Source: Eledone cirrhosa | Lineage: Eukaryota | DNA: 64,000 bases | NCBI GenBank assembly: GCA_964016885.1 | Contig: OZ024742.1 | Span: 189,720,001 to 189,784,000 of the forward strand | Direction: 5' to 3' | Shown here: in pieces, positions 53,461 to 64,000 of the stretch | Layout: each line of letters begins with the position of its first letter | Numbering within the stretch: position 1 is the stretch's first letter | Program-made: the position numbers and the translations under genes | Notes under the pieces: model-generated | What the model was told of the DNA's origin: nothing | What the model saw: the letters and a program-made list of their open reading frames with translations, nothing else | Database searches by the model: none

Positions 53461-53919
53461 TTCATATATATATAGCCCATATCCTAACCGTCTATAACAT
53501 AATCCCCAACAGCTGAGAAAGTTCATAGTCGATTTTGAATTACTGCTGTACCAAAGAAACTGGATAGCATCAAGCTTCTCTCATCTTTATCAAGATTTAT
53601 TTTGGAATACCCCAATATCACCATAAATAAATATATATATATAAGCACCACCTTCCCTCCCATTACTCTTCCCATACATCTCCCTGGCTCTAATTATCCC
53701 AACCCAATACCTACCTCCCCAATTCCCCAGGCATGTGTCCCACCCCGACCCAGTCCCCAACCCATACCATAAAGTGATTACCCTGGAGCCACAACAAAAC
53801 TTCCCAGTGCACACTGTAAAGTGGTCTTGTAGCTATCCCGGCAAAACCACCCAGTACACACTAAATGTGGATGGTGTTAGGAAAATTTTACAAATCACCA
53901 TTATTTACAATTATTTACA

Positions 53920-54050
53920 AAGGATGAAAGGCAAAGTTAACCTCAAATTCCGCCGAGGTTAACTTTGCCTTTCATCCTTACAGGGTCGATAAAATAAAGT
54001 ACCAGTAATACACAGGGATAATTGCTGGCCAAAAAGTAGAAACAATTATT
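53920..54050 (+). mobile_element. 5'-truncated family A SINE with an inverted 5' duplication
   Basis: AAGGATGAAAGGCAAAGTTAACCTC, a short loop, then GAGGTTAACTTTGCCTTTCATCCTT. ATTATTTACAATTATT occurs on both flanks (TSD). Confidence 0.85.
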
Positions 54051-54324
54051 TACAATTATTGTCTGCCATCATTTAGGAAGGCACATGATTCTATCCCTGT
54101 AGAATTCTTCTGGCTTCAATGCAAAGAATTCCATCAGCCACTGATAAAACTAGTCTTCATTATGAAAGACTTTGACTGCATTGCATTGCTTATTGAGAGA
54201 AAAGGGTGATAGTCCATAGGCATGTGTTCAGGCAAATACGGTTGGTCGGGCAGAATCTCCTAACCTAACTCCTGCAGATTCTCATGGGTCATCCTTAGTG
54301 CATATGGCCAAGCATTATCATGAA

Positions 54325-54434
54325 GGCGGGGAATTGGCAGTATCGGGAGAGGGTCGGACGCCATGCTTTCCAGCATAGTTACGTCCCTTTACGATCTGAG
54401 TTCAAATCCCGCTGAGGTTGACTTTGCCTTTCAT

Positions 54435-54439
<5 letters not shown>
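54325..54439 (+). mobile_element. SINE family A, 5' part
   Basis: Matches about 43545-43660 and is cut by (TA)n. Confidence 0.9.
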
Positions 54440-54470
<31 letters not shown>

Positions 54471-54578
54471 ATAATAATAAATTTGAAGACTAAAATCCAA
54501 AGAGGGCTCGATAAGGATAAATATATATCAAATATATAAGAACCGTAGAGCAAATATTTATTAAAATAACATATTAAA

Positions 54579-54627
54579 GTTTAAGCAAAGAATCACTGCT
54601 TTCACCCTTAACGGGATCTTCTGAAAC
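54579..54627 (-). ncRNA. Type I hammerhead motif, U4A variant, in a fold-back element (about 54490-54688)
   Basis: GTTT-CAGAAGA-t-CCC-gttaa-GGG-t-GAA-AGCAG-tgattct-TTGCT-T-AAAC. Arms at about 54554-54610 and 54632-54687. Confidence 0.75.
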
Positions 54628-54691
54628 TAACTAAGGGTGAAAGCAGCTATTCTTTGCTTAAACTTTAATCTGTTATTTTAATAAATATATA

Positions 54692-54865
54692 TATCATCAT
54701 CATCATCATCATCAGGTTTAGCGTCCGTGTTCCACGCTTGCATGGGTTTGGACGGGGGTTTTCCCACTTGAGGCAAGAGTAGTTGTCTTGCTCGCATAGG
54801 ACTGTCTGGCGGGTTTTCTACAGCTGGATGCCCTTCCTAACACCAACCACATTTACAGTGTGGGT
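54692..54865 (-). mobile_element. RTE 3' end nearly identical to that of the 45922 element
   Basis: Matches about 45922-46095. TA on both sides. Confidence 0.92.
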
Positions 54866-55043
54866 ATATATATATATATATAAATAAAATAACATAAAAT
54901 AACAGGAGGCTGGACTGGTGTAAATCCTTGAAAGGTTTATTATACTATGATCATTTCAATGACCGGGTTCCATATGATTCACCATACGGAATGACCATAC
55001 GGAATGACCAGTTCTATCCAGTGGTGAACCAACAAACCTAAAG

Positions 55044-55087
<44 letters not shown>

Positions 55088-55727
55088 TACCATGGAAAAG
55101 CAGATGTTAAAGGAGGAACATGATGATGATGATGATGATGACAAGTTGTCATGAACCAAGTTAGTATTTAATCACAGTTACTTGCTGCCTAGATAGGTTA
55201 GGTGCCACATCTCACATACATTACAATCCAGCATGCTTTATATGGTTGTATGCCCTTCCTTACACCATGCTATTTACAGAGTGTATTAAGAACATTATAT
55301 CATGGGGAGAAGGATGAGATGTATGATGCATGACAGGTGTAGAGGGATTTAACAGGGTGTTGTAAGGGAGAAAGGGGTATGAAAGAGTGGAGGGATTTAA
55401 CTAGGGGATTGGTGGAGGGTTGAGTATTGACAAACCAGAAGTCACTTCCTTGTGGCTCAATAATATAGAATAGGGATGATTAGAATAGTTACTAAATATT
55501 GTTGCTGGGGAAAATAGGTATGAATGGATTATGTCCCATTCATGAATAGTTGTGACAGTGGATCCTTCTAATTAGAGACAGAGGTTCTAGAAGTTAATAA
55601 AAAAGAAATGGCAGGTTTAATAAGAGCCTACTATTATATCGGACGTTTTGCAGAACTGTACAGCATGCCAATTCTTGCAGTCATTTGTCATTTCTTTTGT
55701 GAGATTCATATATATATATATATGTAT

Positions 55728-55777
55728 GTTTCAGATGATCCCACTTTAGGGTGAAAGCAGAAGTTGTTTGCTTAAAC
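55728..55777 (+). ncRNA. Type I hammerhead motif, U4A variant (same family as 54579)
   Basis: GTTT-CAGATGA-t-CCC-acttta-GGG-t-GAA-AGCAGA-agttg-TTTGCT-T-AAAC. Confidence 0.78.
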
Positions 55778-55960
55778 TTTTATTCTGTGCTAATAATAAA
55801 TATTTTCTCTATGGATTTATAAATACTTATTTATATGTATATATATATATATAAATAATATATAAGATCAAAAGATGGTTAAAAGAGTTCCATGTATTTT
55901 AATGTTGATTTAAAACTGCACTATACGCAAGTGTTTTTTAACCTTCATATCATGTTTCCC

Positions 55961-56031
55961 TATTTTATCTGACGAAAACGCAAATGTCATCACATGATGA
56001 TATTTGTTTTTGAAATGCGCATAATAAAATA
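55961..56031 (+). ncRNA. Type I hammerhead ribozyme in an inverted-repeat element (about 55852-56075)
   Basis: TATTTTAT-CTGACGA-[aaacGCAAATGTCATC acat GATGATATTTGTtttt]-GAA-ATGCGCAT-A-ATAAAATA: 8-bp stem I. Arms at about 55852-55901 and 56025-56074. Confidence 0.9.
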
Positions 56032-56151
56032 CATGGAACTCTTTTAACAATCTTTTGATCTTATATATTATTTATACTCCAGTCCTACAAACTGTAGAGT
56101 GCTACTTATCCGATATCATTGCTTTATTGTACTACAATAAAACTCACCTCC

Positions 56152-56229
<78 letters not shown>

Positions 56230-56484
56230 TATATATATATATTTATTTATTTATTATATAAATATATACACACACACAACCCTTATCAAGACCTCTCTAG
56301 ATTTTGGTGTGTATATTTATCATTACTACTATATATGTGTGCATGTATCTATATATGTATGGGTGCATGTGTGAGTGTTTTTTTTATAAGTGTGAAAGTA
56401 CATATAAAGTTAATTTTAGTATTTACTTATAAAATTATACATAGCAACAAATATTTACTAATGATATATAAAATCACTCACGCA

Positions 56485-56530
<46 letters not shown>

Positions 56531-56531
<1 letters not shown>

Positions 56532-56690
56532 CGAAGGAAATGTGGTAAGAAACCAGGTGGACCATAACACACCAAAGTACTCAATACTTAGAGTAGGGTA
56601 GTAGAGCTCAAGCCGTTTCGACAGCTAATTCTGGACTAGAATTAGCCGTTGAAACGGCTTGAGCTCAGCCATCGGGGTCCTACTCGTTCC
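56531..56690. mobile_element. GAGCTC-family fold-back element with hammerhead 3' halves
   Basis: Palindrome 56604-56666; each arm reads outward GAA-ACGGCT-T-GAGCTC. Confidence 0.8.
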
Positions 56691-56696
56691 TATATA

Positions 56697-56775
<79 letters not shown>

Positions 56776-56977
56776 ATGTATGTGTGTGGGTGGGTGTGTG
56801 TGTATGTATGTGTTAGATATATATGTGTGTATATATAATTGTGTCTCAGTATTCTCTTGGTTCTTTATATTGTGTTCATTTGTCCCATGTTACTTAATAA
56901 AGTAATAAGTAACACAGAAATAAGCTAAAATAAATACTGGGGTCAGTATGATCGATTAAAAGCCCCCAGAGCTGGTG

Positions 56978-57045
56978 CTGCAGTATGCCTGCAGTATGCC
57001 TGCAGTATGCTTGCAGTATGCCTGCAGTATGGCTGCAATATGGTC
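56978..57045 (+). repeat. 11-bp tandem repeat (TGCAGTATGCC, about 6 copies) inside a SINE tail
   Basis: Directly visible; amplifies the CAGCATGGCC motif also seen near 15997 and 51197. Confidence 0.85.
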
Positions 57046-57081
57046 ACAGTTCAATGATCAAAACACATAAGATAATAAAAT

Positions 57082-57196
57082 AATAAAAAAATAGGTTGAC
57101 TTCTTTGATGTTGACGCCTAGCTTATATGTGTATATATATAGATATATATATATAAGCTAGATTTCAACATCAAACAAGTAGACCTATTCTTTATA
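57082..57196. repeat. Imperfect inverted repeat (about 45-bp arms) centred on a TA tract
   Basis: AATAGGTTGACTTCTTTGATGTTGACGCCTAGCTTATAT and ATATAAGCTAGATTTCAACATCAAACAAGTAGACCTATT. Confidence 0.75.
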
Positions 57197-57203
57197 TGTA
57201 TAC

Positions 57204-57291
<88 letters not shown>

Positions 57292-57767
57292 TGCAGCTTG
57301 AAAACAGCCATTTTCACCATTCCATTGATTGGTGCGGATCAACGGTTGGTTTAACAGGTGATAGAGATTGAGTTGGAAGAGCATGCTTGATCTATCTCAT
57401 CCTTGGGCAGTATTGTAAAGTGTCTGAGGTTGAATATAAGCATATGGTTTGTGTTTGACGCATGGGTCCTATATTGGCTTTGATTTTCTAGATGCGTTTA
57501 ATTACAGGTTAGGACAATTGACGGTCTTATTTGCATACACACACACATAACATATATATATATCATCATCGTCAATTAATGTCTATCTTCCATGTTAGTA
57601 TGGGTTAGACAGGTTTGTCCCATTTAGAGGCAAGTTGGGTTGGGTAACCATCTCTCGCTCATATAGGAGAGTTTCTGGCTGGTTTTCTATGGCTGGATGC
57701 CCTTCCTAACACCAACCACATACATGTATGTATGTGTGTGCATGTGTGTAAATATAAAGGTAAATAT

Positions 57768-58212
57768 GAAGGTGCATGGCTTAGTGGTTAGAGCATTGGG
57801 TTTGCAATCGAAAGGTTGTGAGTTCAATTCTCGGACCGGGTGATGTGTTGTTTCTTTGAGCAAGACACTTTATTTCACATTGCTCCAGTTTACTCAGCTG
57901 TAGAAATGAGATGATAGGACTGGGGTCCCTATCATTCCACTGCAAAGTGGTTATCAAGATGCCACGGCAAAAAAGCACCTAGCCCACACTGGAAAGTGGA
58001 CGTGGAGGCGCCACAGAAAAAAAGCACCCAGTACTCACTGTAAATGAGGTTGGTGTTAGGAAGGGCATCCAGCTGTAGAAATCAAGCCAGAATCAGTTCC
58101 CATATGAGCAAGACAAGGTCAGCCAACCAGATACTGCCCACAACAGGACAACCCGTCTAACCTATGCTAGCAAGGAAGAACGGACGTAAAACGGTGATGA
58201 TGATGATGATGA
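57768..58212 (+). mobile_element. SINE family B with an internal duplication and a longer RTE-type tail
   Basis: Matches 42947. The AAAGTGG...GCCAC...AAAAAAGCACC segment is duplicated. The tail matches 62671-62802. Confidence 0.9.
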
Positions 58213-58792
58213 TATATATATATATAGAGAGAGAGAGAGAAGGATTTTGTAGTATTTGCATGCATGCTTACACACACACTGGTATGCATGCGCATGTGTG
58301 ACCGCGCGTATTAGTACATATGTGTCAAAGCAGATTTAATGGGAAATAACTCTGTACCCCCTGACCTAAAACAAAAGAGGTTGGAAAAAAAAAAAATAAT
58401 AAAACCACCTCCAGCCAGCAAGCCACATCGGACACTGGAATAGTTCTTTTATTTTCATCGGAAGAAGAGATATTAATCTGGAAATATCAGGACATGTGAA
58501 TAAATTAAGGTAAAAAAACACCCCTCGTTTCTTACGACTTCATTATTTTCCATCCAATCTGCATTGTCATGTCTTTCAAACTTTGTGTATATATATATAT
58601 ATATACACAATATTAGGAAGGCCACCCAGTTCACTCAGTTGACTCTGTAAAATGTAGGAACATATTTAGGTGAGATACAGGCTCCCAGCTCATTTGAGAG
58701 GTCAGTAACTCCAATTAAGTACTGATTTGGTTTTGAAACGACTTGTCCACGGTCCAACACTTGCTAGAATGAAAAATGAACATTTGATGATG

Positions 58793-60380
58793 ATGGTGAG
58801 TGTGATGATGATGATGATGACAATGATGATGATCATGATCATGATGGTGATGATGATGATGGTATTTTACATTGATTCTATTAACTACCATCTAGAAGTT
58901 GATTTAGTGATTTCAGATATAATCATAAATTATTGACCTAATCTAACATACCTGAGGAAATAAAATAATTGTTAATACTTTTGGCACAAGGCCAGCAATT
59001 ACCTCAGTGCATTACTGGTACTTTATTTTATCGACCCTGTAAGGATGAAAGATGAAGTTAACCTCAGTGGGATTTGAACTCAGAACATAAAGGGAAGTAA
59101 CTATGCTGGAAAGCATAGCGTCCGACCCTCTACCGATACTGCCAATTCACCGCCCTTGATTCTAAAATAATAACTATTATTCATTTTCACATTTTTTAGC
59201 TTACCTAGTCTACTAACATTCAATTGTGTGTATAAGTGTGTATATAAGTTTTTAAATACATGTATGAATGTGTCTACACATGATGACTGTATATGTTTGT
59301 ATGTGTGTGTCATAGTGTCATACATATGTATCTGTACATGTTTATAGACTCATGTGCCTCTCTGTATGTGTACATACATATATGTGTGTGTGTACATGCA
59401 TGTATGTGTGTGTACATGCATGTATGTGTGTGTACAGGCATGTATGTGTGTGCACATGCATGTATGTGTGTGTACATGCATGTATGTGTACATGCATGTA
59501 TGTGTGTGTACATGCATGTATGTGTGTGTACATGCATGTATGTGTCTGTACATGCATATATGTGTGTGTACACGCATGAATGTGTGTGTACATGCATATA
59601 TGTGTGTGTCTGTACAAGCATGTATGTGTCTGTACATGCATGTATGTGTGTGTACATGCATATATACACACATACATGCATGTACAGACACATACATGCA
59701 TGTACACACACACACATGCATGTACACACGCATACATGCATGTATACACACATATATGCATGTGTGTACACCTATATACATGCATGTACACATGCATATA
59801 TGCATGTACACATACATGAGTCTATAAACATGTACAGATACATATGTATGACACTATGACACACACATACAAACATACAGTCATCATGTGTAGACACATT
59901 CATACATGTATTTAAAAACTTATATACACACTTATACACACATTTGAATGTTAGTAGACTAGGTAAGCTAAAAAATGTGAAAATGAATAATAGTTATTAT
60001 TTTAGAATCAGTAGAGCGTGGGACACCATGCTTTGTAGCATAGAATTACGTCTCTTTATGTTCTGAGTTCAAATCCCACTGAGGTTAACTTCACCTTTCA
60101 TCCTTACAGGGTCAATAAAATAATGTACCAGTAATGCACTGAGGTAATTGCTGGCCTTGTGCCAAAAGTATTAACAATTATTTTATTTCCTCAGGTATGT
60201 TAGATTAGGTCAATAATTTATGATTATATCTGAAATCACTAAATCAACTTCTAGATGGTAGTTAATAGAATCAATGTAAAATACCATCATCATCATTATC
60301 ATCATGATCATCACAATCATTATCATCATCATCATCAAGAGCACGATCATGATCATCGTCATCATCACCATCATCACCAC

Positions 60381-60415
<35 letters not shown>

Positions 60416-60542
60416 CCATCATCATCATCACCATCACCCTCACCATCACCATCATCATCATCATCATCATCATCATCACCACCATCATTATCATGATCAT
60501 GATCATCGTCATTGTCAAAATCATCATCATCACACTCACCAT
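58793..60542. repeat. Inverted duplication of about 1.75 kb (arms about 870 bp) containing (GAT)n, unique DNA, a family A SINE and a CATG-rich minisatellite
   Basis: 58860-59345 is the reverse complement of about 59815-60290. The centre is near 59658 in the (TGTACATGCATGTATGTGTG)n tract. Confidence 0.93.
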
Positions 60543-62016
60543 TAAATCACCACACTCACCATATAAATTTCTATTTCCACGTTTAGAGCTGGTTGTACTA
60601 ACAGGAGAAACATAATTCATTACATATCATAACTGTAAAGATCTATCAGTGATTCAATGGCCTGGTATTTTGTGCTTCCTCCAGTTTCTGCTTATTCACA
60701 AATTTTAGGGTTCCTCAACAGCCTGAACAAATGGTTAAGTGGTTTGCTTTGTAATCATTTACATCACTGTGTTTTTGCACAGTTTCATAGTCCTCTTTGT
60801 GACATCAGTATCAAATTCAAATTGAATGCTACAATCTAGTGAATAAAGAAAGCCTTAGGCCTTTATATTTTGATATTTTACTGAGAGCACATGGTTAATG
60901 ATGCCAATGAGACTTACTGTGATATCTATATCCTCTCAACTTCTATCATAATGCTCAGCAACAATTATAATAAACCTATTTGACAAGAAATTCTAAAGCC
61001 CTCCCCCATCTCTCTGTATAGTGAACAAATGGGGTCCCACATGCTGGCTGCCCCACAGCCCTAGCAGACTGAATGAAGGTGTTTCCCCGGGGAATGGTAA
61101 AAGAGATGCGCTGGAAGAGCCCCATGTTCAATACCACAGCATAGCATCTTAGGCAAGTGTCATTTACAATGGTCTTAGAATGATCAATACCATATGAGTG
61201 AAATTGGTTAGATAGAATTTTTTTGGAATCCATTTTTTGGATGGACTGTATGTGTGAATCAAAAGGCCAACCTTGATACAAACTGTGCCTCACTGAATCT
61301 AATTTAGAATTTTTTAAAGGTAGATGTATCTGTGGAGTGCTCAGCTATTTATATGTGCAGGCTGTCATGACAAAATTCACTCAGCACATACTGTAAATGT
61401 GGTTGGCATTAGGAAGGGCATCCAGCTGTAGAAATCTAGCTAGAAACAGTTCCATATGAGCAAGACATGGTTACCTGACCCAACTTTCCTCATATGAGAC
61501 AACCCGTCTAACCCATTCTAGCATGGAAAGTAGACGTTAAATGATGAGGATCATGATGATGATGATGTTTTATTGATTAAACAAATGAAACATTCATCAT
61601 CAAAAATGACAGGGATTCATCGATCAAGAGTTCCTCAAGCAAAGAGCATTACAAGAGTTGGCATTTAATCACACCTAATAACCATTGAAAAATATTTATG
61701 TAAACCTTTCATTACCACATTTTTAATGAAAGAAATTTTCTATGATTTGAAAATAGTTTTGAAAATAATAAAGAAAATGAAAGGATGTGTTAATACATTT
61801 TACTTTTTCATTATTAATTTTTTTTTTTTTAACATAACATAACAGACGTTTTCACATAAAAGTATAAGAGAAGTGTTTTAGATCGATATAAACACTTCAA
61901 AACTGTTTTCCAGGGACCAGTTCCAGACAGTTTGGGTATGATAAATTTGAAAAAGAAAACATTTTAACATATTTCTTTTAAGGATTGAAGCCTAATTTTT
62001 GTCTTTGAGGCATTGA

Positions 62017-62090
<74 letters not shown>

Positions 62091-62100
62091 ATATATATAT

Positions 62101-62280
62101 ATATAAGTATAAAGAAAGTGCTCAAGTGCAGAAATTCTATAAGGATAGCTTATAAAATAGGATGAAAACCCTTAAAAGACAGAAATAGAAGTTGTCATCA
62201 GCTGCTATGTCACCATCACCCTGTTTTGTAAGCTATCTTTATAGTATTTCTGCGCTTGAACACTTTCTTTATACTTATAT
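62101..62280. mobile_element. TA-flanked inverted-repeat element (about 65-bp arms); no hammerhead found
   Basis: ATATAAGTATAAAGAAAGTG...TAGGATG and CACCCTG...CACTTTCTTTATACTTATAT. Confidence 0.8.
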
Positions 62281-62670
62281 ATATACATATTTCATTCAGC
62301 TGATTGGTTCACTAGTTTTGAATATTTTCTATGGCTCATAAAGCAAGTGTCCTCATACGTTTGCCAATGACTTCATGTTGAAGTATGTTTATCCAAGCCA
62401 AATATAGTTATATATTTTTCTTAATTATCAAAGGCTAATGTACTCAGTATCAGATAAGAGTGTCTCTGTTAGATAATAATGTGAGTCTAGACATTATATG
62501 AAATTATTTCTAAATGTTAACAGTAGAGGAGACATGAGAATAGGTGAGAGACACACATTATAAGGGACACTACACAGTATTTGAATGAAATATTAAAGAA
62601 TATTAATGTAGTGCAAGTTAAGGATGCAAATAATCTGATTGATTGTATATATATATATATATATATATAA

Positions 62671-62801
62671 GCCAGATCAGTTCCTGTATGAGCAAGGCAT
62701 GGTCAGCCGACCAGACACTGCCCACAACAGGACAACCCGTCTAACCCATGCTAGCGTGGAAGAACGGACGTAAAACGGTGATGATGATGATGATGATGAT
62801 G

Positions 62802-62802
<1 letters not shown>
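62671..62802 (+). mobile_element. RTE/SINE 3' tail inserted in (TA)n
   Basis: CCCGTCTAACCCATGCTAGCGTGGAAGAACGGACGTAAAACGG followed by (TGA)n. Confidence 0.9.
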
Positions 62803-62849
<47 letters not shown>

Positions 62850-62925
62850 TTGGCGGCTGAGATAAAGGAATACTCAATACCAAAGTAGAGATTTAATATT
62901 CATTTCATTAAGGCTAAACAGTAAG

Positions 62926-62973
62926 TCTTGTGAGTAAGGAGTTTCGCCTTTTTATCACAGTCATCAGACAAGA
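62926..62973 (-). ncRNA. Decayed type I hammerhead motif
   Basis: TCTTGT-CTGATGA-...-GAAA-...-TC-ACAAGA: 6-bp stem I and intact core, but stems II and III pair poorly. Confidence 0.5.
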
Positions 62974-63265
62974 TCTCTTCTTCGAATTCCAACATATTTT
63001 GCCTAGTTTTTCTTAGTAACCTATTCACTTTACATATATATCTATATGTGTGAGTATTTATGTATATATATTTTTACATATATATATATATATAAATACA
63101 TTATCGGAGGAAGCTTTTAGCGATACTCCGGCCAAATCCCAACTCACTCAACAAACAGGAAATAAGTGAGTATATTCCTAATTAAACGTTCGGGGTGCTA
63201 ACTAATTGTATTGCGTGGAAAATTGGCTGTATTATTTCATATGAGACATATCAAATATATCTCTT

Positions 63266-63393
63266 CCCAGACGAACGTCTCGTTTCATTATAAGATTCCT
63301 ACAAATTTGGGTGAAATTATACCAATTTATGCAGAAGCTTGTATAAGATCAACAGATACATATTCAAGTGGGCTCTTATAATTCATCAGTGGG
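63266..63393 (-). ncRNA. Type I hammerhead ribozyme, canonical core, GUC site, large loop II
   Basis: CCCA-CTGATGA-ATTATAAGA...TCTTATAAT-GAA-ACGA-gacgt-TCGT-C-TGGG, in a TA-flanked insert at about 63100-63575. Confidence 0.9.
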
Positions 63394-63630
63394 TGCCCAC
63401 ATAATACTAATATTCATAATCTAACCAACATCAGTATTTAGCGATAATCACCATAAGGTTGCTACTCCAGCAGTTCTAAAGAAATACTCAAACTGATTCA
63501 AAAATGAGGAAGTATATTACTGCCAAAAAAATAATACATGCGCAGGACAATGAATTCTAAAAGGAATTCAGGCCTATATATATATATGTATGTATATATA
63601 TGTATATGTGTATATATGTATATATATTTT

Positions 63631-63675
<45 letters not shown>

Positions 63676-63807
63676 GTGAGGTTTTTTTTACAAATTGAAA
63701 AATAACCGAGGTGTCCTACACGAGTGAAAGTATAAAGAAAAAGAGATGAAATCGAAAATGCAACTGGAGTCTTATTTTTTTTTAAAATATATATATTTAT
63801 TTGGTTC

Positions 63808-63843
63808 CTTTACCGGTTTCGCAGTTTTTCTGCTTTTCAAAAG
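63808..63843 (-). ncRNA. Type I hammerhead motif, U3-A8 variant (mirror copy)
   Basis: CTT-TTGAAAA-GCAG-aaaaa-CTGC-GAA-ACCGGT-A-AAG. Confidence 0.68.
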
Positions 63844-63924
63844 TAGAGTTGAGATGGAGGGTCTGTGGTTTTTCTCACATCTGGTATATGTGAGAAAAAC
63901 CACAGACCTTCCATCTCAACTCTA

Positions 63925-63960
63925 CTTTTGAAAAGCAGAAGAACTGCGAAACCGGTAAAG
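63925..63960 (+). ncRNA. Type I hammerhead motif, U3-A8 variant
   Basis: CTT-TTGAAAA-GCAG-aagaa-CTGC-GAA-ACCGGT-A-AAG, with AATAAA just downstream. Confidence 0.7.
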
Positions 63961-64000
63961 GAACCAAATAAATATATATATTTTTTAAAAAATAAGACTC

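Larger units (their letters stand above)
63767..64000. mobile_element. Fold-back palindrome (arms at least 113 bp, 7-nt loop) running off the window end
   Basis: 63767-63880 is the near-perfect reverse complement of 63888-64000. Confidence 0.92.

Noticed and set aside
26430-57850. tRNA genes at the A-box/B-box motifs
   Set aside because: They continue into SINE cores and tails and do not form full cloverleaves.
60210-60620. Poly-His, poly-Met and poly-Ile ORFs, also near 23.9 kb and 58.8 kb
   Set aside because: They come from (CAT)n/(GAT)n repeats.

Overview
This is an AT-rich eukaryotic non-coding window with no host gene that I can recognise. The SINE tails, microsatellite load and LINE content point to a coleoid cephalopod such as Octopus; that is an inference. 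Nearly all ORFs in the track are translated (TA)n, (CA)n or (GAT)n repeats. Real coding remnants are all retroelements: two R4/Dong-type elements in (TAA)n, a Penelope-like GIY-YIG endonuclease, CR1 and Tx1/L1 3' ends, an uninterrupted 5'-truncated RTE reverse transcriptase with an internal PHD-like finger, and a decayed RTE. There are also many tRNA-derived SINEs and MITEs. The main signal is a dense set of small, non-coding insertions in (TA)n tracts between about 22 and 64 kb, from many unrelated sequence families. At least 11 near-complete type I hammerhead ribozyme motifs can be folded by hand in them, plus decayed copies and halves. Most have a palindromic stem III and several have unusual cores (U4A, U3-A8, U-U or C-A at 10.1/11.1). 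Many insertions are head-to-head fold-back palindromes, one turning exactly at the predicted cleavage end. They look like non-autonomous Penelope pLTR/retrozyme-like elements. Fold-backs also affect SINE insertions and about 1.75 kb of ordinary DNA. All folds and boundaries were read by eye and are approximate.
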